Positions 1 through 12,559 of a DNA stretch of 60,000 bases are shown piece by piece (positions within the stretch are counted from its first letter, which is position 1; each line of letters opens with the position of its first letter). The DNA is taken from assembly GCF_963921235.1 (NCBI RefSeq), contig NC_086109.1, positions 1,924,001-1,984,000 of the forward strand, read 5' to 3'. Under the pieces are notes generated by a model. The model was not told where the DNA came from. It saw only the letters and a program-made list of their open reading frames with translations, and did not search any database. This stretch comes from Mobula hypostoma (lineage: Eukaryota). A program made the translations under genes and the position numbers.

Positions 1-410
1 GGGGATGAATATCATTGAGGAGTTTTCTTGGTCCATCAACACAGCCTCGATAGTAGGGAAGGCACAATGGTGCCTACACTAATGGAGGTGTTAAAGGAGA
101 GCTGATCTGCCTGAAGAATTGCCGGCCATCTTTTATCAGTGTGTAATGGAGAGCATACTGACATACAGAATGACAGTGTGGTACTCTCGCTGCAGCAAGA
201 CAGATCACAAAGCACAGGTGATTGGGAACGCTCAGCACATCATTGCGACTCAACTACCAGACCTGGAGACAACCGACAACTCTCGATGCCTACAGCATGT
301 TTGTAACATCATTACAGACCCATCCCATCCCGGACACTGTCAGTTCAATCTTCCATCCGGTAGGAGATAGAAACATCTTAGCCAAGACAGGAAGACTGAA
401 TTAAAAATTA
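1..410 (+). mobile_element. Rex1/Babar-type LINE, 3' ORF fragment
   Basis: Translation FYQCVMESILTYRMTVWY...IITDPSHPGHCQFNLPSGRR matches the typical Rex1/Babar RT C-terminal region; degenerate. Confidence 0.75.
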
Positions 411-489
411 CAAATTCCTGAGGGAAATATCTGTTTTGCATGCACTGGAGTAGCACCAAAGTCTCGTTGTCCTGAGCAATGAGCAATGA

Positions 490-1157
490 GGAGAAGATGG
501 CGGCACGAGGGCAGCGCGCGCAGCCACTTTGGTGGTGGTGACTGTTATCTGTCAAGTAGGGGACCGTACACAATTCTGATTTGATGGAGACGGACGTGAG
601 AGTACAGAGGAACATCTGGAAAACTTCTGAAATGCCCGCTTCGCTCGCTGCTACTGTGTGGTAACTGGAATCTCTGGAGCAGAAGGCCCCGAAATCCTTG
701 GCTTTGTTTGTTTCAGCGGCCGGGGAGAGGTCGAAGACGCTCAGCAGAGGATGGCGCTCGGGAGGCTGTATCGGAGAGGCTGGTCGGAGGCTCGAAGTTT
801 TCGGACGGATGGGGTCGGCTGCTTCCAAGGCATCGGCAAGTTGACGGTGCCTGGAGGTTTATGGCAGGGAGTTTTTCCCTTTTGATGCCTGTTGTCGGGG
901 ACTTGGGAGTCGATCGACTCGGGGACTTTAGAGACTTTATTTACCGTGCCCATGGTTTGTTCTTCATCAAATTATGGTATTGCTTTGCACTGCTGTAACT
1001 ATATGTTATAATTATGTGGTTCTGTCAGTGTCAGTCTTTGGTTTGTCCTGTTTTCTGTGATATCACTCTGGAGAAATATTGCATTATTTCTTAATGCATG
1101 TATGCATTTCTAAATGACAATAAAAGAGGACTGAGTGTTCTCATAACCTAATCTAAT
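490..1157 (+). mobile_element. Probable non-autonomous LINE-derived retroelement
   Basis: CpG-rich head starting GAGAAGATGGCGGC, no coding potential, T-rich 3' part ending aatgacaataaa...ctaatctaat simple-repeat tail. Confidence 0.45.
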
Positions 1158-1484
1158 GACAAAAAAGTCCTCTGAGCTTGTTGAGAGCTCCACTCTGGAT
1201 CGGATCATCCTGGGAGCATCGTGCACACTTCCAGTCTGCAATACTTCACATTTATCAGGATTAAATTCCATCTACCATTCCTCTGCCAAGTTTACCAGCT
1301 GCTCCCTTAGGATCTAAAACTCTACCAAGTTTCATGCCACTGTACAGTTACCTCTCATACCTCGTATGCAGAGCAGTGTGGTAAGAGTCAAGGTACTGAT
1401 CCCTATAGCACACCCTGGGTCACAGGGTTCATGTCTCCAACATAATCCTCCATCTCCCTCAGCCTTTGATTTGCAGGTGTGTGG

Positions 1485-1722
1485 TTGTGTCCGTGTACTG
1501 TGTCACTCACTGGGACGCTATATTCAGTGTAATTAATACACAGGGTATTACTCTGCACAGCACAGCATGAAGGCTGAGGAATAAAAATCTTGCTGAGCTC
1601 AGACCTCAGTCTGGGCAATTAACAAGCAGTGCCCTGGGAAACCGAGATCCCTGAACATGACCGACCAGGCCTTTGACTGGGGGCTACAGTGGGATCTGTT
1701 GAACTGTGATCCACGGATACAG
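1485..1722 (-). repeat. Locus-specific non-coding block, copy A (elsewhere found in the intron after IgV exons)
   Basis: Aligns by eye with 32880-33085 (same orientation) and, reverse-complemented, with 39385-39620 and 54455-54640 (cagcacagcatgaaggctgaggaataaa..ttgctgagctcagacctcagtctggg). Confidence 0.8.
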
Positions 1723-2165
1723 AACACTGACAAGGATGCAATCCTGAGGCTTCATTTGGCATTGATCAGACCACACTTGGAGTATTGTGTCCAGTTTTGT
1801 TCTGCTTATTTCAGGAAGAACCTGCTGGCAATGGACAGAGTCCAGGAGACATTCTCAAGATTGGTTTTAGGAAAGTAAGGATTAATATATGAAGATGGTT
1901 TAATGGCTCTGGGCTGTACTCACTGGAATTTAGCAGTATGGGGGAGAGGGAACTCATTGAAAGCTATCCAATATTGAAAGGCCTAGATAGAGTGGATGTG
2001 GAGAGAATGTTTCCTTTCGTGGGAGAGTCTAGGACCTGAGGGTACAATTTTAGAATAGAGGAACATCCATTTACAAAAGAGGTGAGTAGGGATTTCTTCA
2101 GCAGGAGTGTTGTGAACCTGTGGAATTCATTGCCACAGAATGCTGTGGAGGCCATCGTTTGGTAT
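1723..2165 (+). mobile_element. CR1 LINE 3' fragment
   Basis: LHLALIRPHLEYCVQF and downstream CR1 C-terminal motifs. Confidence 0.8.
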
Positions 2166-2169
2166 ATCT

Positions 2170-2702
2170 AAATTAATGTGAAGGTCTTGAGGATAGTCAA
2201 CATTAAAGCAGAGGAGGTGCTGGACAAATTAAAATATATGAGGGTAGACAAATCTCCATGGCCTAACCAAACCCATTAGAGATGAGATTGTAGAAGCCCT
2301 GGTTGAGATATTTGCATCATTAGTCACCAGTAGACTGGAGGGTTGTGAATGTTTTACCTTTATTGAAGAAAGGCTGCGAAGAAAAACCTTGGAAGAGTAG
2401 ACCACGAAGTCTAAGATCTGTGGTAGTTAATTTACTGGAGAGGATTCTGATAAAATAATTATACATGCATCTGGAAAGATAGGGGTTCTCTGGGAGATCA
2501 TGTCTGATGAACTTGATTGGTTTTCCAATGGTGTGAATAAGAAGGTTGATAAGGGCAGTGTAGTAAATGTGCTCAACACTGACCTTAGTGAGGATTTTGA
2601 ATTGGTTCCACATGGTCGGCTGTTCTGTAACATCAGATTGCAAGGAATTCAGGCAGAGCTAGTTAATTAGATACACAATTGACTTTAGGAAGCAGAGGAT
2701 AA
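2170..2702 (+). mobile_element. CR1 LINE RT fragment interrupted by an LTR element; RT seems to resume at ~4525-4580
   Basis: Degenerate DKSP.P / DWRVVNVLPLLKKG / VPHGRL motifs; YINNVDENVQGM after the insertion. Confidence 0.7.
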
Positions 2703-4182
2703 TGTCATGGTCCGGATCAGGGTCCCTTTAAATTTACCTTGTTTATGTTACAATCCGGACTGTTGATTCCCTGTTTTCCCGTGTCCCTCGACTTTGGGGG
2801 TTAGAGGCAATTAACACTTGGCTGAACCGGTAGTTTATACTCTCCGGCTTTCAGCCGTTCGGCGCAGGAGCATCTGCAAAGTCACCAAGGTACGGTGTGC
2901 CGATGTCATCTGGCCGGAGCAAGCCTAGTCTCTACCGAAGCGAGTGCCGGTAATTCGCCTTTCCTCACCGGAGCAACCCTGTCCAGCTACCTCGCCAAAG
3001 CGAGCCTGCAAAGTTTCCTCACCGGTGTGGGTCCATCAGTTAACTCGCCGGAAGGGAATCAAGAACCGCTGTCTACTGTTCCCGGGCTGAGTCGAGAGCT
3101 GGCCACTACCCGGAGGCTCCAAGTCAAGTCCTGGCTCCAGCGGCATTCAAGCACCAAGTCAAGTCCTGACCCTGGCGGCAGTCAAGCACCAAGTCAAGTC
3201 CTGGCCCTGGCGGCTTCCCAGTTCTGAGTCAAGTCCTGGCCCTGGCGGTCTGTGATTCCTGTCCTACCCCCTTGTCTGAACCCCTTCTCTGCCCCTCTTG
3301 CCTCTAGCCCTCATCTGCAGCCCCTGCCTGCACTTCCATCTAGTTCTATTGCCGGAGCTAGATAGGTACTGTCTGGTGTTCATTCGTGTTGGTCTTGTCT
3401 TGTCCTCGCCTCCATGGGGTAAGTCAGGCCGTCTTGCTGTTGCCCCGCTGGGGGGGGGGGGTCATGTCTTGTCTTGTCTGGTCCTCGCCTCCGTGGGGGT
3501 AAGTCTGGCCATCTTGCCGTTGCCCTGTGGGGAGTCATGTCTTGTCATGTCTTGTCCTTGCCTCCATGGGGTAGGTCTGGCCGTCTTGCCGTTGCCCTGT
3601 GGGGGGTCATGTTCTGTCTTGTCTTGTCGTTGTCTCCGTGGGGTAAGTCAGGCCGTCTTGCTGTTGCCCCGTGGAGGGTCATGAGTCCTGGCCCTATGTC
3701 CTGTACACAAGGAGAGGTCCCGGCTCTCTGTTCTGTGTGCGAGTCCCAGCCCTATGTCCTGTACCCAAGGAGGGGTCCAGACTCTGTGTTCTGTGCATGT
3801 GTCCATGGGTCCATGTACCTGCTCTCCGAGACCGAGGCTCTGTCTTCCATGTTCCTCCTCTCCCTAGCCCATGTCATGTCCTTGCCTGGTTCTGGGGTCC
3901 GAGCCCGAGGCAAGACCCAGGTACTGGGTCCTTGCCCAGTCTCTGGCTCGGAGTCCATACCCTAGCCTCTTCATGTCGCCTCTAGTTTTGGGATCCAATT
4001 TCGAGTCCAAGCCCAGACCCCTAGTCCCAGCCTAGTTGTTGTCCTGAGTCCTTGTCCAGTTTGCTACTCCTGCTCCTGCTTTGCTCTCCTGGTATCGAAC
4101 AATAAGCTCAATTTAATTAACCTCACAAGATGTGCCTTGCATTTGGGTCCACCCTTGCTCCCAATGCCCCACCATTGTGACA
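2703..4182 (+). mobile_element. 5' LTR of a truncated Ty3/Gypsy (Tf1/sushi-like) retrotransposon
   Basis: TGTCA...TGACA termini; TATA-like tttata at 2834; closely similar to solo LTR 52379-53703; internal ~35 bp and ~60 bp tandem repeats; no TSD; followed by internal sequence. Confidence 0.85.
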
Positions 4183-4230
4183 GAACGCTCTCGCCAAACA
4201 TGGACCCAGCAGACACAAACACTGTTTTTC
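4183..4230 (+). mobile_element. Primer-binding region and gag start (MDPAD) of the LTR element, truncated
   Basis: GAACGCTCTCGCCAAAC ATGGACCCAGCAGAC directly after LTR CA; MDPA starts are typical of fish sushi-like gag; not a TGG-type tRNA PBS. Confidence 0.55.
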
Positions 4231-4419
4231 CAAACTCTTGTCAGCCTGAAAGTCAAGGTGTTGTTGTTCTGTTTTGCCCGCCGGCCAAAACCCCCTCCAC
4301 CCACCCGGGTCATCGATAATACAGGCAAATCTGTTGGTTGCCTGGAGGCAAAGTCACTTGGATCACATTTCCTCCACATTCAGATATTTTGTCTGAACAA
4401 CAACTGAACCTCTTAACCA

Positions 4420-4528
4420 CGTCTGCTTGTGTTTGTGTATTGAGTTGCTGCCTCGTGATTGGCTGATTAGATATTTGCATTAATGAGCAGGTGTATGGGT
4501 GTACCTAATAAAGTGGCCACTGAGTGTA
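4420..4528. mobile_element. Tc1/mariner-type element end (TIR)
   Basis: gtacctaataaagtggccactgagtg+TA, reverse complement of the common fish Tc1-like TIR cactcagtggccactttattaggtac. Confidence 0.55.
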
Positions 4529-4646
4529 TATTAACAACGTGGATGAGAATGTACAAGGCATGGCTAGTGTTTTAGCAGATATCATTAAGACACATTTGAG
4601 TATTTTGTTCAGGTTAGGAAATATGTTAAACTGCAAAGAATGCAGA

Positions 4647-7418
4647 ATGCAGGAGGGGCAGGACTGGCAGCTTAATATTTCAGGGTTCCGATGTTTCAGA
4701 TCTGATCGAGGCAGAGGAATGAAAGGTGGGAGAGTAGCATTGCTTGTTAGGGAAAATATTACAGCAGTGCTCAGGCAGGACAGATTAGAGGGCTTGTCTA
4801 CTGAGTCCTTATGGGTGGAGCTGAGAAACAGGAAAGGTATGGCCACATTAGTGGGATTGTATTACAAACCACCCAATAGTCAACGAGACTTGGAAGAGCA
4901 AATCTGCAGAGAGATAGCAGCCAACTGCAGGAAACATAAAGTTGTGGTGGTAGGGGATTTTAATTTTCCATACATTGATTGGGACTCCCATACTGTTAGG
5001 GGTCTAGATGGTTTAGAGTTTGTAAAATGTGTTCAGGAAAGTTTTCTAAATCAATATATAGAGGGACTAACTAGAGGGGATGCAATATTGGATCTCCTGT
5101 TAGGAAACGAGTTAGGGCAAGTGACGGAAGTCTGTGTAGGGGAGCACTTTGGTTCCAGTGATCATAACACCATTAGTTTCAATTTGATCATGGACAAGGA
5201 TAGATCTGGTCCTAGGGTTGAGGTTCTGAACTAGAAGAAGGCCAAATTTGAAGAAATGAGAAAAGATCTAAAAAGCGTGGATTGGGACAGGTTGTTCTCT
5301 GGCAAAGATGTGATTGGTAGGTGGGAAGCCTTCAAAGGGGAACTTTTGAGAGTGCAGAGTTTGTATGTTCCTGTCAGGATTAAAGGCAAATTGAATAGGA
5401 ATAAGGAACCTTGGTTCTCATGGAATATTGCAACTCTGATAAAGAAGAAGAGGGAGTTGTATGACGTGTATAGGAAGCAGGGAGTAAGTAAGGTGCTTGA
5501 GGAGTATAAGAAGTGCAAGAAAATACTTAAGAAAGTGATCAGGAGTGCTAAAAGAAGACATGAGGTTGCCTTGGCAGTCAAAGTGAAGGATAATCCAAAG
5601 AGCTTTTACAGGGATATTAAGAGCAAAAGGATTGTAAGGGATAAAATTGGTCCTCTTGAAGATCAGAGTGGTCGGCTATGTGTGGAACCAAAGGAAGTGG
5701 GGGAGATCTTAAATAGGTTTCTTGCGTCTGTATTTACTAAGGAAACTGGCATGAAGTCTATGGAATTGAGGGAAACAAGTAGTGAGATCATGGAAACTGT
5801 ACAGATTGAAAAGGAGGAGGTGCTTGCTGTCTTGAGGAAAATTAAAGTGGATAAATCCCCGGGACCTGACAGAGTGTTCCCTCGGACCTTGAAGGAGACT
5901 AGTGTTGAAATTGCGGGGGCCCTGGCAGAAATATTTAAAATGTCGCTGTCTACGGGTGAGGTGCCGGAGGATTGGAGAGTGGCTCATGTTGTTCCATTGT
6001 TTAAAAAAGGATCGAATAGTAATCCGGGAAATTATAGGCCAGTAAGTTTAACGTCAGTAGTAGGTAAGTTATTGGAGGGAGTACTAAGAGACAGAACCTA
6101 CAAGCATTTGGATAGACAGGGGCTTATTAGGGAGAGTCAACATGGCTTTGTGCGTGGTAGGTCATGTTTGACCAATCTATTGGAGTTTTTCGAGGAGGTT
6201 ACCAGGAAAGTGGGTGAAGGGAAGGCAGTGGATATTGTCTACACGGATTTCAGTAAGGCCTTTGACAAGGTCCCGCATGGGAGGTTAGTTAGGAAAATTC
6301 AATCGCTAGGTATACATGGAGCGGTGGTAAATTGGATTAGACATTGGCTCAATGGAAGAAGCCAAAGAGTGGTGGTAGAGAATTGCTTCTCTGAGTGGAG
6401 GCCTGTGACTAGTGGTGTGCCACAGGGATCAGTGCTGGGTCCATTGTAATTTATCATCTATATCAATGATCTGGATGATAATGTGGTAAATTGGATCAGC
6501 AAATTTGCTGATGATACAAAGATTGGAGGTGTAGTAGACAGTGAGGAAGGTTTTCAGAGCCTGCAGAGGGACTTGGACCAGCTGGAAAAATGGGCTGAAA
6601 AATGACAAATAGAGTTTAATACAGACAAGTGTGAGGTATTGCACATTGGAAGGACAAACCAACATAGAACATACAGGGTTAATGGTAAGGCACTGAGGAG
6701 TGCAGTAGAACAGAGGGATCTGGGAATACAGATACAAAATTCCCTAAAAGTGGCGTCACAAGTAGATAGGGTCGTAAAGAGAGCTTTTGGTACATTGGCC
6801 TTTATTAATCGAAGTATTGAGTATAAGAGCTGGAATGTTATGATGAGGTTGTATAAGGCATTGGTGAGGCCGAATCTGGAGTATTGTGTTCAGTTTTGGT
6901 CACCAAATTACAGGAAGGATATAAATAAGGTTGAAAGAGTGCAGAGAAGGTTTACAAGGATGTTGCCAGGACTTGAGAAACTCAGTTACAGAGAAAGGTT
7001 GAATAGGTTAGGACTTTATTCCCTGAAGCGTAGAAGAATGAGGGGAGATTTGGTAGAGGTATATAAAATTATGATGGGTATAGATAGAGTGAATGCAAGC
7101 AGGCTTTTTCCACTGAGGCAAGGGGAGAAAAATACCAGAGGACATGGGTTAAGGGTGAGGGGGGGAAGGTTTAAAGGGAACATTAGGGGGGGCTTCTTCA
7201 CACAGAGAGTGGTGGGAGTATGGAATGAGCTGCCAGATGAGGTGGTAAATGCGGGTTCTTTTTTAACATTTAAGAATAAATTGGACAGATACATGGATGG
7301 GTGGTGTATGGAGGGATATGGTCCGTGTGCAGGTCAGTGGGACTAGGCAGAAAATGGTTCGGCACAGCCAAGAAGGGCTAAAAGGCCTATTTCTGTGCTA
7401 TAGTTTCTATGGTTTCTA
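4647..7418 (+). mobile_element. CR1 LINE, near-complete ORF2 (APE endonuclease + RT) with three nonsense mutations
   Basis: ORFs 4524-5234, 5256-6449 and 6639-7346 share one frame; GDFN, SDH, PGPD, GVPQGSVLGP, FADD motifs; stops at 5232, 6447, 6603; tttctatggtttcta tail. Confidence 0.95.
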
Positions 7419-7744
7419 AAAGATTTATGAGGATCACTGTTCCCTTTAAGCTGCACAGGCGCTGCCACGCAGTAACTGAGATGCTCCCACGCACATAGCC
7501 TTTGTTCCCACATACCTGGAATTTTCTTTTGTACAATGTTAACATAATTTAGAGTTGTACGACTGTCAAGGCATTTTGCTGTTACTGCTTTAATAAGGAA
7601 TTACGAAGTCCTGATCCAGTATTGCAAAAAGAAAGTTAATGAATGTAACAATCCAATCAGCAACTACTGCCTGAAGATATTGATCAATCCACATTATCAA
7701 GTAGCATTAACTGTCCTTAAAGATATTTTAGAAGATCTGGTAAC

Positions 7745-7970
7745 TTGGAGAAGGAAAACCCAGTTCTCAGACCTCGGCTGCCTTGCGGCTATACCCACTC
7801 GTGGGGATGTCTCCAGGAGTAAATCCCAGGGAAAAATCCGGAGCTGAAGTCCCTAAGGCAGTCCTATGCTGAGTTCAACACTGACTGGCAGCTCCCGTGA
7901 CTCTGCCGGTGCCAAACGGTATTGATCTCTGCCGCTCCTTTGGATTCATCAGCAGTGTGGAGAGGGAAAC
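7745..7970 (+). mobile_element. Possible RTE-type 5' UTR fragment
   Basis: ggagaaggaaaac...ggagtaaatccc...aaatccggagctgaagtccctaaggcag resembles RTE-clade 5' sequences; recognition only. Confidence 0.3.
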
Positions 7971-8094
7971 TCCAATTTTTGTAATTGATAGTATATGTTA
8001 TATACTGCACTATACTGCTGTCACAAAACAACACATTTCATAACATACATCAGTGATAACAAGCCAGATTCTGATTCTCTTCAGAGAGAAGTTT

Positions 8095-8320
8095 TACAGA
8101 TTCATGTTTCGAGGAGCGAACATCACCCATAGCCTGCCCTTGTCCAACAACGTAGATGCCATGGACAGGGAAGAAAATACAAGAGAGAGAAAAGGGAGTT
8201 TTCACTCAGCTGTTGGGCCCTCCTACACCGTTGGCCTGTACAAGTGATTGAGAGCTGAGCAGACAGGAAGTTAGCGTGGGAGGAGATATATGAACCGAAC
8301 CAGAAAACCACAGACCACCA
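8095..8320 (-). promoter_or_regulatory. Candidate lymphoid promoter/leader remnant
   Basis: ETS site ACAGGAAGT (8263-8271) and RUNX site AACCACA (8306-8312) upstream of a minus-strand ccATGG at 8162 (MAST...); unique sequence. Confidence 0.3.
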
Positions 8321-9494
8321 GCACAGAGCAACAGATTAGCCGGAGGGGGGACGGACCATGACAGCCCAGGCCCTGAGGATCTTGCTTTAGGAAATCTAAT
8401 GAGTTTCTTCTCAATCCAATGGTTCTCCCCAAATATCTGTTACACACTGTAATTACTGCACTTTATCACAATCGATCTGAGAGTGGTAAAACATGCATTT
8501 TCCAGTCCCTCTCCCTCTGGGGGATATTGTAACTTCACTCCCCTCATATTGAACTGATTCCATAACCAGTGGACTCTCTTTCAAGGGGTCTACAGCTCAC
8601 GTTCTCTGTATCAGATACTCACCTATTAATTGATCATTATGATTTGTTTTTCTTTGATTTGCCCATTTTGTTATCTTTTGCATATTGATTGTTTGTCAAT
8701 CTGTTTGTGTGGGTGTAGTTTTAAATGACTCTATTTTATTTCTTTGATCTACTGTGTGCCCACAAGAAGATGTACGTCTGAATAGTACATGGTGACATAT
8801 GCATACTTGGATAATGAATTTACTTTGAAAGTTGAACTTTGAACACTTTCTCTGAGGGATACTTGTACACTGACTGGTCTCCTGGTCCCTCTCTGTTGGG
8901 CATGTCCATGCACCGGTGTCTGTAATCACTTTAACCCTGGCAGCAGGAATGACATGCACCATTCTGTCACTGCTGGCAGCTCTGAGTTCCACCTCCGGAC
9001 AGCGAAGGCGAGCTGCCCTGACACTCTAAACTTCTCCAGCTGTGTGATGGAAGGTGTGCAGTCACCCTGCCCTCGCTGTCCACATCCGCACTTCGCTTTT
9101 GCAGCTCTGCTCCATGTCTCTGTTCCTGCTCTTTCTCAACTCACTCGCAATGCGGGGCTCGATCACCAAGTTCTGGACCCATTCCCGACCCCCTCCTGTG
9201 CTCCCACCCTGACCGGGACCCTCAGTGAAGATCAACCCCCCCCCCCCACATTGGAATAGGTTACCAAATCCACTTTGAAACATCAGCCAAGCTTAGCTTT
9301 CCTTTTTCTGCAAGTTCTGCTTTAATCGTTTGACGTCGTTCAGTCTGTTTCAGCAAAGTTAATTTCTGAAATTCATCAATGCATTGAAGGTTTTGAAATA
9401 CCAAAGCACAAGCAATCATTGAAAGCAGGGGGGTCCTTGGCTTCCACCTCCTGAGGCCTGGTTGCTGTTCCTTGTTTGATACAGCTAGTGTATC

Positions 9495-10100
9495 AAATTC
9501 AAAGTAAAGGCAAAATAAATTTATTATCCAAGTATATATGATATCACCATAGACCACCCTGAAATTTATTTTCTTGAGGTAATTTACAGGAAAATGAGAA
9601 ATGTAATAGAATTTATGAAAATCATAAACAAAGAGTTAAAAACAACCAACAAGCAAAAGACAATTTGCGCAAATAAATAATAAAAACAATAAATATGTAG
9701 ATAGATAGATAAACAATACTGAGAAGACAAGTTGCAGAGTCCTTGAAATTGAGCCCATAGGTTGTGGAGTCAGTTCAGAATTGAGGTGAGTAGTTATCCA
9801 CATCGGGCAGGAGCCGGATGGTTGAAAGATAACTGTTTCTGAACCCAGGACTCTGGGACCTAAGGCTCCTGCACCTTTTTCCTGATGGTGACAGCAAGAA
9901 GAGAGCATGGCCCCGATAGCAGGGGTCCTTGATGGTGGCTGCTGCTTTCTCGTGGCGGTGCTCCTTGTAAATGCGATCAAAGGTGTGGAGCGCTTTGCCT
10001 GTGACGGACTGGGCTGTGTCCAGCAGTTCCTGTAGACATTTCCATTGCTGGGCACTGGGGTTTTCATACCAGGCTGTAATGTTTCCAACGAGTGGCACAA
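9495..10100 (-). mobile_element. Rex1/Babar-type LINE 3' fragment
   Basis: GNITAWYENPSAQQWKCLQELLDTAQSVTG...IKDPCYRGHALFLLSPSGKRCRSL plus 3' UTR. Confidence 0.75.
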
Positions 10101-10314
10101 CCTGAAACTGATCTATTATCACTAAGATACTGTGTGAAATCTGTTGCTTTGTTCTGGAAGTATAGTACAGAAGACATTGAAATCTACAAATTAAAGGACT
10201 AGACAAAGATGGAGAACAGAAAGTATTGAGATATGGTCCATGGGCACGTGGATCATTCTGGAATCAGATGGTGAAGAGAAAGAACCTTGAATTGTTGAGT
10301 TGGATCCACCAAAG

Positions 10315-10612
10315 GTGGAATAGTTGTGCAGCGTTTAGTACAACACTTTACAGTACAGTCGACCCAGGTTCAATTCCCTGTGCAGCCTGCAAGGAGTTTG
10401 TATGTTCTCACTGTGACTGTGTACATTTCCTCCAGGTGCTCTGGTGTCCTCCCAGATTCCAACAACGTACTGGCTGGTAGGTTAATGGCTCATTGTAAAC
10501 TGTCCTGTGAGTCGGCTAGGGTGAAATTAGTGGGTTACTGTGCATTGAGGCTTGAAGGGCCAGAAGGGCCTATTTGATGCTGTATCTCAATAAAATAAAA
10601 TAAAATAAATAA
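10315..10612 (+). mobile_element. tRNA-derived V-domain (HE1-like) SINE
   Basis: B-box GGTTCAATTCC, V-domain ggagtttgtatgttctc...tttcctccaggtgctctggt, CR1-like 3' end gaagggccagaagggcct, (taaaa)n tail. Confidence 0.75.
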
Positions 10613-11209
10613 AACTCTGGTTACTGGGTTATCTTTGGTACAATTCAGATGACTGGTTTTCTTCGTCTGGTGTTTAGTCGGTAATTAAAATGTGACAACT
10701 GACACGTGCAGTGACCAGCTGCAGTGCATTTTCCAGTCCGGAGGTAGCTGTGGGTTAACCAAGCAGAAAATGACTTACAGAATAAAGGTGTTGGAACGCA
10801 ACGTCCTGGTGTCACTGTAAACCACCCAGCAACTCATACTGAGATATGCAGAGTGACACGATACAAACCCCAGTGCAAACACACTTTCAACTTCTCTCTG
10901 AGTTCCAAGAAACTGTTTGTTTGCCACAGCCAGTAGAAATGGGGCAGAAATTTAGAAACATCAGATCCTGGAAATCTAAAATAAAAACAAAAAATGCTGA
11001 CTATTGCCAATATGTTATGTTTTTATTTCAGTGAAGGTGGAACTGAAGAGAGTTCAGTTTAGTTTCGCTGCTAGTTCCTTAAACTAAAATAATTTTCCCT
11101 GTCTCAGCCTGTCTGTCAGACACTGGCATCATTCCTTTCCCTTCTACATATTGTTAGAGGCTCCTACACCACATTTCCTGTTAGACATCTCTCATGCTCA
11201 TTTCCACTT

Positions 11210-11810
11210 CATAAGAAATAGAACCAGGAGTAGGCCATCTGGCCCGTCAAGCCTGCTCTGCCACTGAATAAGACCTTGGCTGACCTGACCATGGACTCAT
11301 CTCCACCTACCTACCTTTTCCCCATAATTCGTAATTCCTCTATTATGCAAAACTCTATCCAACCTTGTCTTAGATATTTTTAATGAGGTACCCTCCACTG
11401 CTTCATTGGGCAATGAATTCCACAGATCCACCAGTCTTTGAGAAAAGCAGTTCCTCCTCATCTCTGGCCTAAATTTACCCCCTCGAACCTTGAGGCTATG
11501 TCCCCTCATTCTTGTCTCACCTACCAGTGGAAACAGCTTTCCTGCCTAGAGTTGATCTATCCCTTTCATAAGTTCCTGTAAGATCGCCTTTGATCCTTCT
11601 GAATTCCAGTGAGTACAGTCCCTGGCAACCCAATCTCTCCTCATAATCTAACCCTCTCATCTCTGGAATCAACTTGGTGAACCTCCTCTGCAAAGCCAGT
11701 ATATCCTTCCTCAAATATGGACACCAGAACTGCAAGAAGTACTCCAGGTGCGGCCTCACCGGTACCCTGTACAGGTGCAGCATAACCTCCCCGCTCCTTA
11801 TCAATGCCAT
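11210..11810 (-). mobile_element. CR1 LINE 3' fragment
   Basis: VRPHLEYFLQFW; RGHSLKVRGGKFRPEMRRNCFSQRLVDLWNSLP; 3' UTR. Confidence 0.85.
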
Positions 11811-11974
11811 GTTGTGTGAGCTGAAGGAATACTCTTCCTGTCTAACAGCACCTCCACACACTCACTAGACCTCCAGAGGAGATCCATCAATGAAACCTGG
11901 GACATACCACAGGGGTTATGGAAGGGTGAGGATGGACTCTTTCCAACCATTTCAAACACACATTCAGGACTGAT

Positions 11975-12480
11975 TGCAGACTTCATACAGGGCAAGATGA
12001 AGGACGCAAGTTTCCACAGGAGTACCGTGGAGAGTATTCCTACTGGCTGCATCATCATCTGGTATGTGGGTGTGGGGGCTATGGCACAGGATTAAAATAA
12101 ACTGCAGAGAGTTGAAAACCTTGTTCAGCTCCGTCTTAAGCACTAGTCTCCATTGTATCCAGGATATCTTCAAGGAGCGATGACTCAAAAAGTTGGCATC
12201 CATCATTAGGAAACCCATTACCCAGAACATGCCTTCTTCTCATTGCTGCCATTAAGGAGGAGGTACAGGAGCCTGAAGGCACACACTCAATGATTCAGGA
12301 ACAGCTTCTATCCAACTATCTAAATGGACATTGAACCCATGAACACTACATATATATAGTTACTGTAATTCACAGCTTTCTTATCCCCCTATTAATACAC
12401 ATTGTACTGTACAGCTGCCGCAAAGTTAGCAATTGTCACCACATATTCTGGTGAATTTAAAGCTGACTCTGACTGTGATA
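11975..12480 (+). mobile_element. Rex1/Babar-type LINE 3' fragment
   Basis: gtggagagtattcctactggctgcatcatcatctggtatg...catccatcattaggaaacccatta motifs; 3' tail. Confidence 0.7.
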
Positions 12481-12559
12481 CTGACCCACAGCAATAGCTG
12501 GAAATCTGTCAGTGCAGTATGGAGCACAGCCAAATTCTTTATTCTCCTCTTGCTCTTGC

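Noticed and set aside
2895..3985. ORFs within LTRs (also 44628-45516 and 52591-53479)
   Set aside because: Arise from GC-rich tandem repeats inside LTRs; no gag/pol motifs
4450..4485. Octamer + CCAAT Ig-type promoter
   Set aside because: Lies inside a Tc1-like transposon end, with no adjacent leader exon
10779..10837. Minus-strand mini-exon or leader ending at a gtaagt donor
   Set aside because: Weak acceptor, no signal-peptide character, no paralogous copy in the window
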